Below, piece by piece: positions 46,901 to 60,500 of a stretch of DNA of 64,000 nt. Numbering within the stretch: the first letter of the stretch is position 1; each line of letters begins with the position of its first letter. A model generated the notes under the pieces. It was given only the letters and a program-made list of their open reading frames with translations, was not told where the DNA came from and ran no database searches. The DNA comes from Phaeosaccion multiseriatum (Eukaryota; Protista; Ochrophyta, other classes): assembly GCA_965112735.1 (NCBI GenBank), contig OZ218955.1, forward strand, positions 1,984,001 through 2,048,000. The letters run 5' to 3'. A program made the translations under genes and the position numbers.

Positions 46901-49900
46901 TACGGCCTTGAGAATACAGCAACGCGGAGCCCCAACACGGGTGGGTTTGACTTTCATGTGCTTTCTCTGCTGCTGGGCTATCATGGCTACCCTGGAAGAC
47001 GGAGGACAAAGCAGCAGGAAGGGGAGCATCTGAGTACTGACCCAATCGATGTGATGCAAGAAGCCTTTCTTGAGCAGTTCTGTGGCCTGGCGGAGTTATG
47101 GCTACCAACGAGGGGGAAGAAGTACAAGGGCCTTGAAACTGGAACTTCAGGGTCGCCTGCCTCTGGCTCTGGCTCTGGCTCGGGCTCTGGCTCTGGCGCT
47201 TCCCCCCCTGGGCCGGCGACAACAGCATCCGGAGGCCTGAAAGAGTCAAGTTCCTCCTTGCGTGGAGAAGCGAGCAACAAGGGGAGCAGCGACGGAGTGG
47301 TGGGGGTTTCCGCTCTTGTACCCACAGGCACGAGTACACACAACCTTGTGGTGCACCTGGCTTCGACCCGTAGGCAATTGCCCAAGCTGGTTAAGGCCCT
47401 GTTGGGTCTGGCGACGAGCGCTGTAGAGAGCTCGGTAGTGGGAGAGCGAGGGGAAGGAGGCGGCAGCAGCGTGTCAGGCCTAGCACCCATGGACGTTGAC
47501 GCCGGTGGAGGACCACCACGGCAGCAGCAGAGAAGCGAGCTCTTTGCTGGTGAGCAGCGCAATAGGGTGGCCCTTGTGGCGCGGAGCTTGGAGATGCTGG
47601 AGGGTATGCTTCGTCCCTGTGCATCCCTTCCCTCGGGGGCCGGGGAGCTTGATGATGGCGTGGGTCTGAGCTGGACCCAGGAGCAACCGACGACGAGAGT
47701 GTCGACCTCAGCACTGGCACGGAAGGCGAAGAGCAGCACCCGCCGGAGCAAGAGCGCAAGCGGAAAGGGAGGCGATATCGATATCGATGTGGCCTCTCGC
47801 ACCTGCAGCTTTGTGCAGACAGGGGGGTCCTTCTCAGAACAGCATTGGTACAACTGCCACACGTGTGGGCTGGAGCAGGACAAGGGTTGCTGCTCCCTCT
47901 GCGCCAAGGTTTGCCACAAGGATTGTGACGTGAGTTACTCGCGCCTCTCCTCCTTCTTTTGCGACTGCGGCGGCGATGCATCTGCAGCAGCAACGGCGGC
48001 CAGTGGTAGCGGTGGCGACAAGAGCACACGGGGAGGAGCCAATGAGAGTGACCCAAGCGGTGAGAGTTCGAGCGCACGGGCGGCGGCGGCCTCGAGAGGG
48101 GGCAAGGCTATGAAATGCCATTGCCTCAAGCCCCTGCCTTCTGCTGAGATGCGAGCTCTTTCGGCGCTTCCCTGGGAAACAGCTTCAATAGCAGCCACCC
48201 CAGCAGGGACAGGAGCAGGGGCAGGGGCAGGGGCAAGCCTACCTGCTGCAGCGGCCGGAGGAGCCCCTGCTCAGAGTCGTTTCCAGGCCTTCCACATTGC
48301 AAACCCCAACACCGCCACCGCTCGTGCGCAAGAGAAGCGAAGGAGGGCCGGCAGGAAAGGTCGGCAACCGGCAAGCGCAAGCGCAAGCGACAGCGGCGCC
48401 GGTGCAGCTTCTTCCGCATCTGCTGCTCCTCGAGTGGCAGTCTCCAAGAGTGACAGCCGCGGGAGCAGCAGCATCACAAAAGCGGGACAGTCAGCAAAGA
48501 AGACCTCTTCCTCTCGGTCTTGTAGTGGCGTCCCAGCAGCAGAAGGAGCAAGCGCAGGACGAGGGCAGCTGCGACGAGGCGCGAGGACTTCACTGAGCAC
48601 CCCTGTACCGCTGGTGACTGTCAGCGCCGTGTGGGACGATGCTCAGATTTCTCAAGTGCGTCATATTCTCAGTGGGAGGGGCGGTAGTGATGCGGGCGCT
48701 GGTGGTGGTGGTAGCGCGGGGAGGGAGGGCGCATCGAAAGCGCAGACGGACGAGAAGGGTGGGAGTCTCGAAATGGTTTGTGACTGGCTCTTTGACCAGC
48801 TTTGCACGGAGCGAAAGGAGGGGAAGATTCCCCTCACACCGTGGGCGGCTGCTGCTGATGGCAAAGGCGCCACCGGAACCACATCACCATCTTCTTCACC
48901 TTCGGTAGCAGCAGCGGCGGCAGCAGCAGCAGAAGCAGCAGCAGCAACGGCATCAGCAGGAGGAACAGGCGACAGTGGGCAGATGCCCGTGCTGTCCCGC
49001 TGTGACGACATTGCTCTTCCCCTCCGAGCTGCCAAGGCGGGTACTGTGGAGGTTTCAGGAGGGGCCGCTGCCCGCAGCCTGCAGGCTGAGCTCGGTCTGT
49101 CTGCTGCCGGGGGAGGAGGAGGAGGGGCGTCTTTATCGTCTCGAGCTAGGGCAAACAAGGTGGCGATGGCCACACACGGCATCGTGCAGCAGGCGTTGGC
49201 TGCGACCCCCTCGGGATGCTTAGTAGTGGCCGAGGGGCAGCAAGTGAGCTTCTTTAGAACGGAGAGCTTCCTGCTGGGCACGGTGCCTGCGGTCTTACCA
49301 CCACGAGCAGCAGCAGCAGAAGCAGCGAGCGCACCAGCTTCTCCTTCTCCTTCTTCGTCTTCCCTGCCTCCATGGGGAGAAAGTGGCGCTGGCGGGTCGA
49401 GTTTCTCCATGGGCAGGCACTTTTCATCCTCTTCATCAGGAGGAGCACCAGCAGCAGCACCGGCACCGGGATCAGCGGCGGCAGCCGTAGCAGCAGCGAC
49501 AGCGGCGGCTGCAGCCGAAGCCAAGAGGGCTGCTGACTTGACTGCCAACATGGCGGACGTGAGCTCCCTCTGCTGCTCGGGGAAGTTCTCCGTGGGCTTT
49601 GATGTGGTGGGTGTGTCTGTCAACTCGCGCAACGAGCGCCACGTGGCAGCGTGGGGCCTTCACAACGTCGCCATAGTAGTGACGGACGATAGGGGGGCGC
49701 CTCGAAGCAAGATCGCGGTGGATCTCAGCATGATGATGAGCGGAGGAGGAGGAGGGCCGGGGGCAGGGGTAAGCGACAGGGGCGGGGCAGGAGGACCGTC
49801 CGCTACCGTGGTGCTCAAGGCGGCTTGGCTGCCGGGCAGTGATGTGCTGTTGATGGTGGCGTGCACGCAGTTCATTCGCATCTTTGACTTGTCCGCCTCT

Positions 49901-52900
49901 GCGTGCAGCCCCACTACGGACCCTATGTTCCTTCCTGCCGACGCGTCGGGGCTCTCTACGAGCATCACTGATGTGGCCGTTGTGCCCCCGCCGAGGGTCG
50001 TGGCGAGGGCAGTGGAGCCCTTGTCTTCGTCGCTGCCGGTGTCGTCGTTGTCTCTCTCCCATGCGCGCTACCCCAGCGGAGAGGGGGAGATGCAAGACGA
50101 AGAACAGGAGGAAGAAGAGAAAGAGGGGAGGGAGGAGGCGGAATCGAAGGAGGAAGCGAAGGAGGAGAGAGAAGAGAAAAGGGGCCAAGAGAAGAAGCAG
50201 AAGCAAGAGGGAGGCGAGAAGGATGGACCGGCGCTTCGAGGTGGTGCAGGGAATGGCGACGGACCGACGCCCGCGACCGGGGCCCTGCTCTGCACCATTG
50301 TGGTGCTCGCTAGCCACGGAGGCATCCTTTATAAGCCCGTCTACGCCCCTGCTTTGCTTCCTCACGACCGCACTGCAGGCTCTGGCTCGGGCTCGGGTGC
50401 AGCCCCTGATGAGGCTGGCGGAGAAGTACAGCCCCAGGAGCAGACGGGCTGGAGAGGGGGGGGTGAGCTGGCCCTATCTCTGGAGCTGCCTCCACATTTG
50501 GCGGGGAAAGTACTCAGCTCCAAACATCAGCAGCTGCAACAGCAACAGCAGCAGCTCTTGCGAACGAGCCAGTCGGGAGAGACGAGAAGAAGAAGCAGCT
50601 CAAGCGATGACGATGCGTTTGAGGCCGTCCTTGGCAGCATGCTGCAGCAGGAGGGGGGAGGAGGAGGAGGCAGACGCAAGGTTTTCCCCTCCTCGCCATC
50701 CTCCTCGGCAGCGGCGTCCACCCCTCGTTGCTTGCACTACTCTGCCTCTACCGGCTTGCTGCTTGTGGGGCTGTCGGGAGCCTCCGGCGTGACTTTGGCT
50801 GTGGAGCTGCGTGGAGAGGCAGACAACAGGCTGGTGACGACGGGAGGCTTTGTGCTGCTGCCCGAAGGAGGACCACCTGGCACACCAACGGCGGCCGCCT
50901 CAGTGGCAGCGAGGGCGGCGGGGCTGAAGAAGGCCAGCGGGGGCGCCGAAGTCCTTTCTGGGCTGCAGTGCTCTGCGCCGTACATGCGGTGGCTTGACTG
51001 GAGGCAAGGTGGAGAAGAGGAGGAGAGGGAGGATGAGGTTGAAGATGAAGACGGTGCCGAAGACGAAGAGGAGGCGAACGGCAGCGATGATTGTAGTGAT
51101 GACGACGACGACGACAACGACGATGACCGTGGTGCCGGCGACAGTCGACGAAGCGCGGTCCTTCTGTGCGTGGCCAATGCCCTCAAGCCTCGCGCGGAGC
51201 GGCTGCTCGCCTTGCGACTGTGCGATGTGGCCACTTCCGCATCGGCAAGGGCGGGTCGTGCTGTAGCACCAACTCCTGCTACTGCTGCTCCTGCTGCTGC
51301 CAGTACGAGTGCCAGTGCTGAGCAGGGCGGCGGGGGTGGGGTGACAGGAGCAGGTGCGTTGGCTGTGGACGTGCAGCCCTTGCAGTGGCCCTCACCTTCT
51401 TCTCGGCGCCCAGGGACGACTTCCGCCCAGGCCTCGCTCTCGTCTTCCATGCTCATGTCGAGCTCTGCTTCTTCGGCATCAGCCGCGGCTGGACAGGCAG
51501 GAGGAGGTGGTGCGGTGCCCCTGTCTGCGCGCACGTGCGGGAACATCATTGGCATGTGTGTGTTGCCACTCCCGCGGATGGACACCACTTCCACCAGGAT
51601 CTCTTACAATGCGCCGCCACTTGCTCCGGCGCCGTCCGCCAGTGAGTACGCGCACCTGCTGGTCTTGTTTGAGAACGGGTCTATGCAAAGCTACTCCCTT
51701 GCACCCGACTTGAGGCAGCGGCGGAAGAGGAAGAAGCTGAGGAGGGGAGGGAAGGATGCTAAGAAGAGGGGGCTGGGGAGTGGTGGGCAAGGAGGTGCCA
51801 AGGCAGGTGCGAGTGGTGACAACAAGAGAGGAGAGGAGCTCAAGGCAACAGCAGCAGCAGCAGCAGCATCAGCAGAAGGGGGGGCAGTGGCAGAAGCTGG
51901 AGGTGGGGGGGAGGAGGGTTCGAAGAACGCCTCCCCTGCTGCGCCTGCTCCCGCGCCTGGTGGTCGTCGTTCAGAGCCAGGAAGGCAGGGAAGGAGCTGG
52001 CCCCTCCGGACGGGCTTTCTGTCTTCCTCTGCACAGGCTCGGCGCTCTGCAATGGGCGCTCCTCCGGCCTTCCGCTTTGGGTCCGGGGCAGCGGCGGCCA
52101 CAGACAAGAGCTCTTCCCCCGCACAGAGTGCGAGTCTGCACCGCCTGGGCCTGCGACAACTTGCTTCTTCTGCTGCTACTGCTACTGCTGCCACCGCTGG
52201 TGCTGGTGCTGGTGCTGGTGCTTCTGCAGGGAGAGGAGGCGGTGCGTCGACGTCTTGTAGTCCGGCTTCTTCCCCCTCTGCCGCTCTAGGGGCTTCTCCC
52301 CGGGCTGCGGCCAGAAGCGCGAGTACTGCGGCGGGGGTGCTTGACGCGGCTGCCGCGTCGTCTGCGGGGCTCAGTAGAGCGGAGTATATGCTCCTGAGCA
52401 GCGGAGAGGGCGAGAGGCAAGAAGAGGAAGAAGGAGCCGGCGGTGAAGGAGAGGATGGCGATGGCGAGGAAGGGGCAAGTGATGAAAGGCGTGAAAGACA
52501 AGTGGGCTCCCGGGGAGGAGGACGGGCAGCAGAGACGCGGTACGTACTCGACCCGTCCGCAAGGAGGGGCGCGCCAAGGTGGTTGAGGAGGGACGGGAGT
52601 GACGCGGAGGGAGGATTGTCCAGCATTGCTGCCGCGGCTTCGGCATTGGCATTGAATGCCGCTGCTGCGGCGCCTGCGGGCACTGGCCAGGCCGACGGAG
52701 GTGGGGGTGCTCCCGAGCTGTTTGATAGCGCAAACCTCGACGAGGAGGCCTACATCCTGCCGAGAGGCGTCACTAGCACAGCAAGGTATTCGGCAGGAGG
52801 CGCCCGTGACAGTGGCACCTTCTCAGGTGGGGGGGCAGACACAGTAGCAGAGGCAATGGCGGCAGCAAGGCGGGGAAGGCGGGGGAGGGCTGTAGTGAAG

Positions 52901-54512
52901 GGCAGCGGCGGCGCTGGGGGCGGTGGGGGAGGAGATGACGATGATGATAACGATGACGACGACGACATAGACGACGAGGAGGATGATGTCGATGTTGATG
53001 ATGAGGGCGAGTCTGGAGAAGAGTTTGGTGGGGGCTTTGCTGACCTCTTCCCCAGCATGAGCAGACGCGGCGGGCTGAGCCGGCGATCTTTGGGAAGACG
53101 AGGCGATGCCGGAGGAGGAGGAGGGCGAGCATCAGCAGTAGCAGCGGGGGGTGCAGCAGCGAAAAAGGCAAAGTCGGACCTTAAGGGGGGCGCGGTCCCC
53201 TCAGTTGTTGCGCCGACCTTTCCCATTGACGCGTTTGAGTCTATGGAGAACCTGAGCAGCTCAACGGTGTTCTTTGGCGATGGGTTGGGGACGTGCACAG
53301 AGCAGCAGGCCAGCGCCAAGCTCTTGAGGGGCAACAATGACTATGTCATGATGCCACGGATGGAGGGCGGCTGCATTGCCCTGTGTCTCAAGGACACCGT
53401 TGCAAAGGTGCGTTTGGGTGTGCATGTTGGTTGATGTGGGTTGGTGTGTATGTTGATGTGCCTTTGGGTCTGACTAGGTCCGCGTTTGTTTGGAGACGGG
53501 TTCGTTCCGTCCTTCTGCTGTTGCTCTTTGGACAAGAAAGGCTGCAGTGGCTCGCTCGGGTGCTATTCTATTATTCTCACCCTAGCGCTTTCTTCCTGCT
53601 TCTTACACTCTCTCTCCCTCCCCCCCCCTCTCTCTCTTGGATACCCAACCCTCCCCACCCACCCCCTCTTCCACAGGCATGGGCCATTACTGGTGTACGT
53701 GTGCATCTGGGCCACGCCAGCGTGGAGCACCTTCCCAGCGAGCTGAGGGTCATGGGGCGTAGCAAAACAGTGTGGGAAGGGGTGGCCAAGTGGTACGACT
53801 TGCCCCTGACGGACTACGAAATCGCCTATGCTGCCCGGAAGGGAGTGGGTGCTGTCGTGGTTAGTGTGGGGCAGTGCCGAGAGAGAGACGACGGAGGCAA
53901 TCGCGTCATGCCCCTCATCGACAGCGTCGAGGTGTATGGGAAGATGCACTCCCAGCTGAAGGGCGTGCGGCAGCTCTTACCCGCGCCGTCCGGTGCCATC
54001 GGAAGGAGTGCTGGGGGCAGCAGCACAAGCAGCAATAGCATAGATGTCCTGCTGGCCACCATCGGTAGTGGGAGCTCTCCTCTTCTTAGTCGCAGAGGAG
54101 GAGGACGAGGAGAAGGAGGGCTGGCCACAACAGCGTTGGCAGTCGCCAGGGGAGGGTCACCATCGCCTCCCCTTCCTTCTTCGAGGACGGGCGTAGTCAG
54201 TGCTCTGACATCAGGTATGCTTGCCTTGGCATATGTGGAGTCGTCCCTTGGGACCAACTCTCTGGGCCCAGCCGCGGCCGCTGGGAATGACAACAAAGAG
54301 ACTGACGTGGGCGTAGAAGGAGGCGGAGGTGGAGATGGAGGTGGAGCATTGGCGGAGCCTGCTCCTTTGTCGTTGCTCTCGGCGGGGCTGCCCCGTCGGG
54401 TGTTGTCTGTGCTGAGCTCGACCTGCTTGGACCCCAGAGTGCACAAGTGGGCGCCTCTGCGACGAAGCTGTCGGGTTCTCCTCGGCTGCATCATGAAGCA
54501 GCCGCAGCAGCC

Positions 54513-54544
<32 letters not shown>

Positions 54545-57506
54545 GGGGTGCACAGAGCCAGGGCCCTCGGCTGGCGCTGCAAGACTCCACACACTTGAGC
54601 GAAGTGGGTAGACACCTCAGGAACCCCAACATTGCGTACGGCAACCTGCGCTTGTGTCTGCAAACGTGCATATTTGTGTGCAAGCGACGCCCTGCCAATG
54701 TGATGGCGGGGTTGGCAGGCACGGCGGCGCTCGTGACGGGCCGTCAGCAGCAACATGCCACCTGTGGAACTGGTGGGTCGCTCATCTTCCCTCTCTTTAT
54801 CCGCAAGTTTTGGGCGCTGTGCGGGCGCAACTCGTCGACTTGGGAGGGACTGAGTCTTGTCCACATGAGGGCTCTGCTCAGTGATATCTTCCTCTTCGCA
54901 TCCCATGAAATGTGGGCGAGAGCAACGGGTGCTGCGGACGGAGGAGAGGAGGCAGGAGCAGGAAGGCAGCGGAAGGCAGTGGAAGGTGGAGGAGGGGAGG
55001 CAGTGGTGGACCCCTCTCCTCTCCGCCAAGGCTTGGCGGAACTGATGCCTCTGCTGCAGTCCCCTATTGTCGCTGTGTCTGTTATCGCGACGGAGACGCT
55101 TGCTGCCCTTCTTGGTAGCAGCAGCAGCAACGGACGCTCGACAGGCACTCATGCGAGCAGGAGTAGAAGTAGCAAAGCGAAGGCGAAGGCGAGCACGGGA
55201 GGAAAGAAGCGAAGTAGTGGTGCCGGCTTGACGGCGAAGGCTGCTGCCGCTGCCAGGAGGATTGAGGAAGATGCTCGGCCGCCAGCAAGTGGTGGAGACA
55301 GCACAGGTGCAGGAGGAGGTGGCAAAAAAGGGGGAGAGAAGAAGCCTGAAGGAGAGGGAGGGGAGGGGGGCGAAACGGAGCAGCAGCCTCGACGCAGGGG
55401 CGTCAAGAGGAGGGCCTCTCGGGGCCGCATGAGCAGCAGCAGTGGGGCGGATGGCGATGGCGAGGGTGGTGAAGACGAAGCCACAGGCAACAGCAGCGGT
55501 GGCGGCAGTGGAGGGATGGATGCGGTGCGAGCTCGTCTTGCTGCTGTCCGGGCTGAGGTGGAGGCCTTGCAAGGAGGACGACGCGGTGGGGCAAATGCAC
55601 CTCCTATCCGAATGGAGTACCGCTGCGATGGTTGCGACGCCTTCCCCTTGAAAGTCGGCCGCTTCCACTGCCGTGTGTGCCCGGACTTTGACCTGTGTAG
55701 GAGGTGCTACGAGAATCTGCACGGGGAGGAAGGGAGCGATCAGGCTGTGGAGGCGTGGGGAATGAACTTGGGCGACCACTCCAGGTTCCACTCCATGCGG
55801 TACGAGGCCATTCCTGCGGATACGTCGGCACCCTCGTCGTCGCCTGCTGGGGCTACTGGCGGCGGCGGTGGTGGTGGCGGCGTTGGTGGTGGTGCGTCTT
55901 CTGCTTCTGCTGCTGCTGATGCTACTCTTGCTGCACTTCTTGCTAGCAGCGCAGAGCCTAGTGACGAGGAGGGCGGCATTCGAAGGGCTGCTCAAGATCA
56001 AGCGTATCGCAACAGGCGGACCCGACGGCGCATCACCTCTGGCCCGAGCGGAGAAGGAGAGAGCAAAGAGGGTGGGGAAGAAGCGGAAGAAAAGCAAGAT
56101 CATGACATGGAGGAAAGTGAGGAGGAGGAACATGAGGACGACGAGGGCGAGCACGACCATGATCATGACGAGGAGGAGGACAAGGACGAGACCGAAGAGG
56201 AGGGCGACGAGGGCAAGCAAGGAGAGGGAGAGGGTGCCGAAGAGGCCAAAAGTGGGGCGGAGAAGCAGGACCCACCCCCCAACAACGGAGAGCAGGAGGA
56301 AGACGAGGTCGACCGTATCGAGCAGTGGGATGACGCTGTCGAGCAAGAGTGGGTTGATGGAGAAGAAGAGGGCGAGGAGGAGGAGACCGGGGGGGAGGAG
56401 ACGGGTGGGGAGGGAAAGGAAACTGACATTGAAGCATCGGGGGGGTACGATTACGTCGCTGAGAGCGCCATGGTTGATGACGAAGGAGAGGGCGAGGACG
56501 AGGAGGCGGACGCAGAGGAAGTGGAGCCCGCCGAAGACGAAGACGAGGAGTATGAGATGGAGGAGGGCGGTGCTGTGGGTGGAGACGAAAGTCAGGAGGA
56601 GGTGGAGGAGGCGAGCTTGCGCGGGCGTGAGGAGGAAGAAGGAGAGGATGGCGATGGTGAGGAAGAGGAGGACGACGAGGACCAGCCGGGAGGAGTCGGA
56701 CCAGGGGCGGATGTAGACAGCAAGGAGGAGGGAGAAGGGGAGATGGTGGCCAGTAAGGCTGTGGACCATGCGGACGGAGGGGAGGCATCGGCACGAGCTG
56801 CATCGGCTACAGCTACAGCTAAAGCCACCACCATAGCAACGGCAGAGTGTACCAAGAGCGAGGCTAAACCACCGGCAGTTGGTGAGGATGGGCAGTCCGC
56901 CGAAGAAGGGGCAGCATACAGGATGCTGTCTGCATTGGATGGGGATCCCTGGACACCCGCCTCGATGCCTTCCATGTCAGGTGCGTGCATGAGATACGGA
57001 CAGCGCGTGCAATTATTGTGACACTTTCGTGAATTGAGGGACGTGTGTGCAGAGAGAGAGAGGAAGTAGTACGTGAGTAGTGCTTGGGTTATGTTCTGTT
57101 TTTTCTGCTGTTTCCTTTGTTATTTTCAGTCAGATTCCTATGGGGCGAAAGGGACGGAATTAGCTCGTTGCCCTCTCTTCACACGAGTTTATATGCACAC
57201 ACGCACACCAGATGCACACACTCACTCACACCCACCCACCCACCCACCCGCACTCTCACCCTTGTATGAACGCAGAGGCTCTGCACTTGCCCGACGCAGC
57301 TCGAGCGACGCTATCCCACGCGCTGTTCCCTCAGCTGCTGGAGAGTCTACCCCAAGCCCTGGAGGGAGGAGGGGGGAGAGGAGGAGCCCCGTCCGTAGGG
57401 TCACAGGGGTCACACAGCAGCGCGCAGAGTGTGAGCTGCGCGATGCAGTACCTGAAGCTGCTCATCACCCTTGCCGAGTCAGAGAACGGCGTGTCCGCCG
57501 GCGCCA

Positions 57507-57543
<37 letters not shown>

Positions 57544-60500
57544 CCATCGCGTGGGCCTGCTGATGGGCGCTCTGTTGGAAGAGCTCCGGAAAGTGGATGC
57601 AAAGTTTCTGACTTGTTCCTCAGGGGGGGGTGCGGCGGCGGCGGCGGGGCGCGGTGATTTGGGGGATGCAGCCCATTTCCGTACGCAAACGCCGGAGTCA
57701 AACATTGTCGTTTGCACCACTGTGGCCTCGCAGCTGCTGCTGGCTCGGGCGGCAGCAACGGGGGATTTGGGCGGCGAGGGCAAGGGCAAGGGCGAGGGAG
57801 CACTGCTGATCGAAATGCTGCGAGGTGGACAAGTCGACAGTGAAGGGAGGGGGAGGAGGCGTATGGACGGCATTCTGTGCGGCCTTTTGCGCCACTCCCT
57901 TGCCGCAGTCTTGGCCCAGGAAGGCGTGCCTGGAGGGCCCGGCGCTTCCGCCTGCACCATCAGTGGGTTGGCCGTGAGCAGTCCGAGGGCAGGGGGAGGG
58001 GGCTCCGCGGGAGGAGGAGGAGGAGGAGGAGGAGGAGGAGGAGGAGGAGGAGGAGGAGGAGCGGGCTTGCTTTGCCCCTACGAGGATGTTCGATTGGAAG
58101 GTCCGGTGGCAGACTCTGCTCGACCGTATATGACTGCCATTATGGGGTCGAGGAAAAGCGGCTTAGTTTTCAACAACCCTTCTGCTTCCTCTGCTTCTGC
58201 TGCTTCTGCGACGACCAAGATGTCTTCCTCGGGCACTCGAAGGTCCTCCCCCAGGCCTTCGGTAACAGCAGCAGCAACAGCAGCAGCAGCAGGAACAGCA
58301 GTTGGTGATATAGCAGCAGCAGCGGCGGCGGCGGCAGGAGGCGAGGCGGAAGACGACGTGGTTACAGCGGCAGTTTCGAGTGCCAATGCGAAGGCGGAGG
58401 GGGAGGCGTCAAGCTTCGGAGCCTTGTTCCGCGGCATGCGGAGCCCTGCTCGCATGGTGCTGGCCTCTGTGCTCGACCTGGGGGCCATGCTGGCAGTGGT
58501 GGTGAAGCAGGACAAGGGCAAGCAGCAGCAGCGAGGAGGCCTCGTGGCCCAGGACAAGCAGGAGACGGACAAGCAGGTGGTGATACAGCAGCAGCAGCAG
58601 CAAGAAGAAGGTGCGGAGGTGAATGCCGCTGCTTGTGCTGCTCCTCGTGATTCTCTTTCAGGGGAGGAAGCTTCTACACCTCCCGCCACCGCCGCCACCG
58701 CTGACCCCCTCCACGAGTGGTCTGAGGAGTGGCAGCAGCTGCTGTGCTTTGTGATGATGACCAAACAGCTCAAGGCGGTGCGTCACTTGGCTCGGCGTCT
58801 ACTGAGGCAGCTTTGCGGAAACCCCGAGAGCTACCATCGGGTGAGGGACATGCATCTCTTTACGGTGGAGTTCCACAAGCTCATCGATGCGCTGCCACAG
58901 GGCATGTGTAAGTTGGTGGTACGTCAGCAGCGCCAGATGCATCACCACCACCATCATCGCAACCACCACCAGCAGCAGCAGCAGCAGCAGCATGCACCAT
59001 CGTTTGGCGTCAGCGGCGGCGGAGCGGGCTTGTGGGGTCCGGGGGGTGACGCCGGAGCAGCAGCCGCAGCAGCCGCAGCCGCAGCAGCCGCAGCCGCAGC
59101 AGCAGCAGCAGCGGCAGCAGGAGGAGCAGGAGGAGGAGGAGCAGGGGGGGCTTTTGACAATGCGTGGTCATCGTCATGGTCCCCTCCCTTCTTTTCTGTG
59201 GAGCAAGAGGCGCTGCTCGAGGGTGGGGGAGGGGGAGAAGGAGACCTGGACTTGGAGTACGAGGGACAAGTTGCAATTTGGTCCTGCCTCAGGACACTGC
59301 TGAGGGGAGCGCGCACCCGCCAGGCCAACTGGCAAAGCTTTGCCTCACTTAGCGCGCTTCCCCCTCTTGGCAGCATCTGGGGCGGCGGCGGCGACACTAG
59401 TGCTTCCCCTGGCTACACACGGGGGGCAGCAGCAGCAGCAGCAGCTGGAGGAGGAGGGTTTTTGGGAAGCGCTACTGAGCTTCGCAATGCGCCTCCAGTG
59501 TGCTGCATGTTCCAGTTGTGTAGCCTTCTCCCCGGAGGACTCAAGGTCATTGCTCTACAGCTGCTAGAGGCCGCAGTGGAGCCTTCGGCGCTCGACGACA
59601 GTGAGTGTATCGTGGCACATGAGGAGGAGGAGGAGGAGGACGACGACGACGAAGAGGAGGGGAAGGAAGATAAGGACGGCGACACCGTCATGGAGGCAGC
59701 AGTGGATGCCACCGAGCAGGGAGAGCACCACCCGTCTTATGGGCGCAAGCGCAGCAGTGCGGCAGCGGCGAAGAAGAAGCAGAGCAAGCTAAACAGGCAA
59801 GGAGGAGGAGTGGTGGCCACGCCTCAGTCCCGGCCTCAGCCCCGGCGGCGGGCAGCCCACTTGCTGCTGGAAAGCGGCCTCGTGACTTCGGACACACTCC
59901 TTCAGCTCGCCGAGGGGCTGGTGCTGGTTCACAAGGATCCAGAGGTAAGGTGGACGGCCGGAGCTGTGCTGCACCACCTCTGGGCCGTGAGTGAGGCAGG
60001 TGTGCAAGGCGCGGTGGCAAGGCGCCTCACCCGGCAGCTGCCTGTAGCGGCCAAGCACGGGAGGCGAGCAGGCGAGTGGATGGCCTTCCTGTCAAGGGCG
60101 GTTGCGGCGGGCGTGGCGAAGGAGCAGGAGGAGGCGGAGGCGAGGAGGGTGAGGAGGCAGCGACAGCAGGGAGGAGACAGTGCTGCCCTTGGGGTATCAC
60201 CAACTGCTACTGTCGCTGCTGCTGCTCCGAGCGCTGAGGATCAACAACCCTCCCCCCTGCCCGCGGTACCATCAGCACCGTCGGAGGATGTGGTGCCCTC
60301 CTCCTCTTCGTCCTCTTCGGCCTATCTGGAAGACTTGGTGGGGACCATTTTGACCATGCTGAAAGGGCAGTGCTCGTCTCTGGCGAGTCACCCCAACTCC
60401 GTCTTGTACGCCGCCTTGGAGACAGTGCTCAAGAACACTGGCCACTACCTCGACTCGGAGCCCTGTCTGCACTGCAGAGGCGGCGTCTCTGGAGACAGGG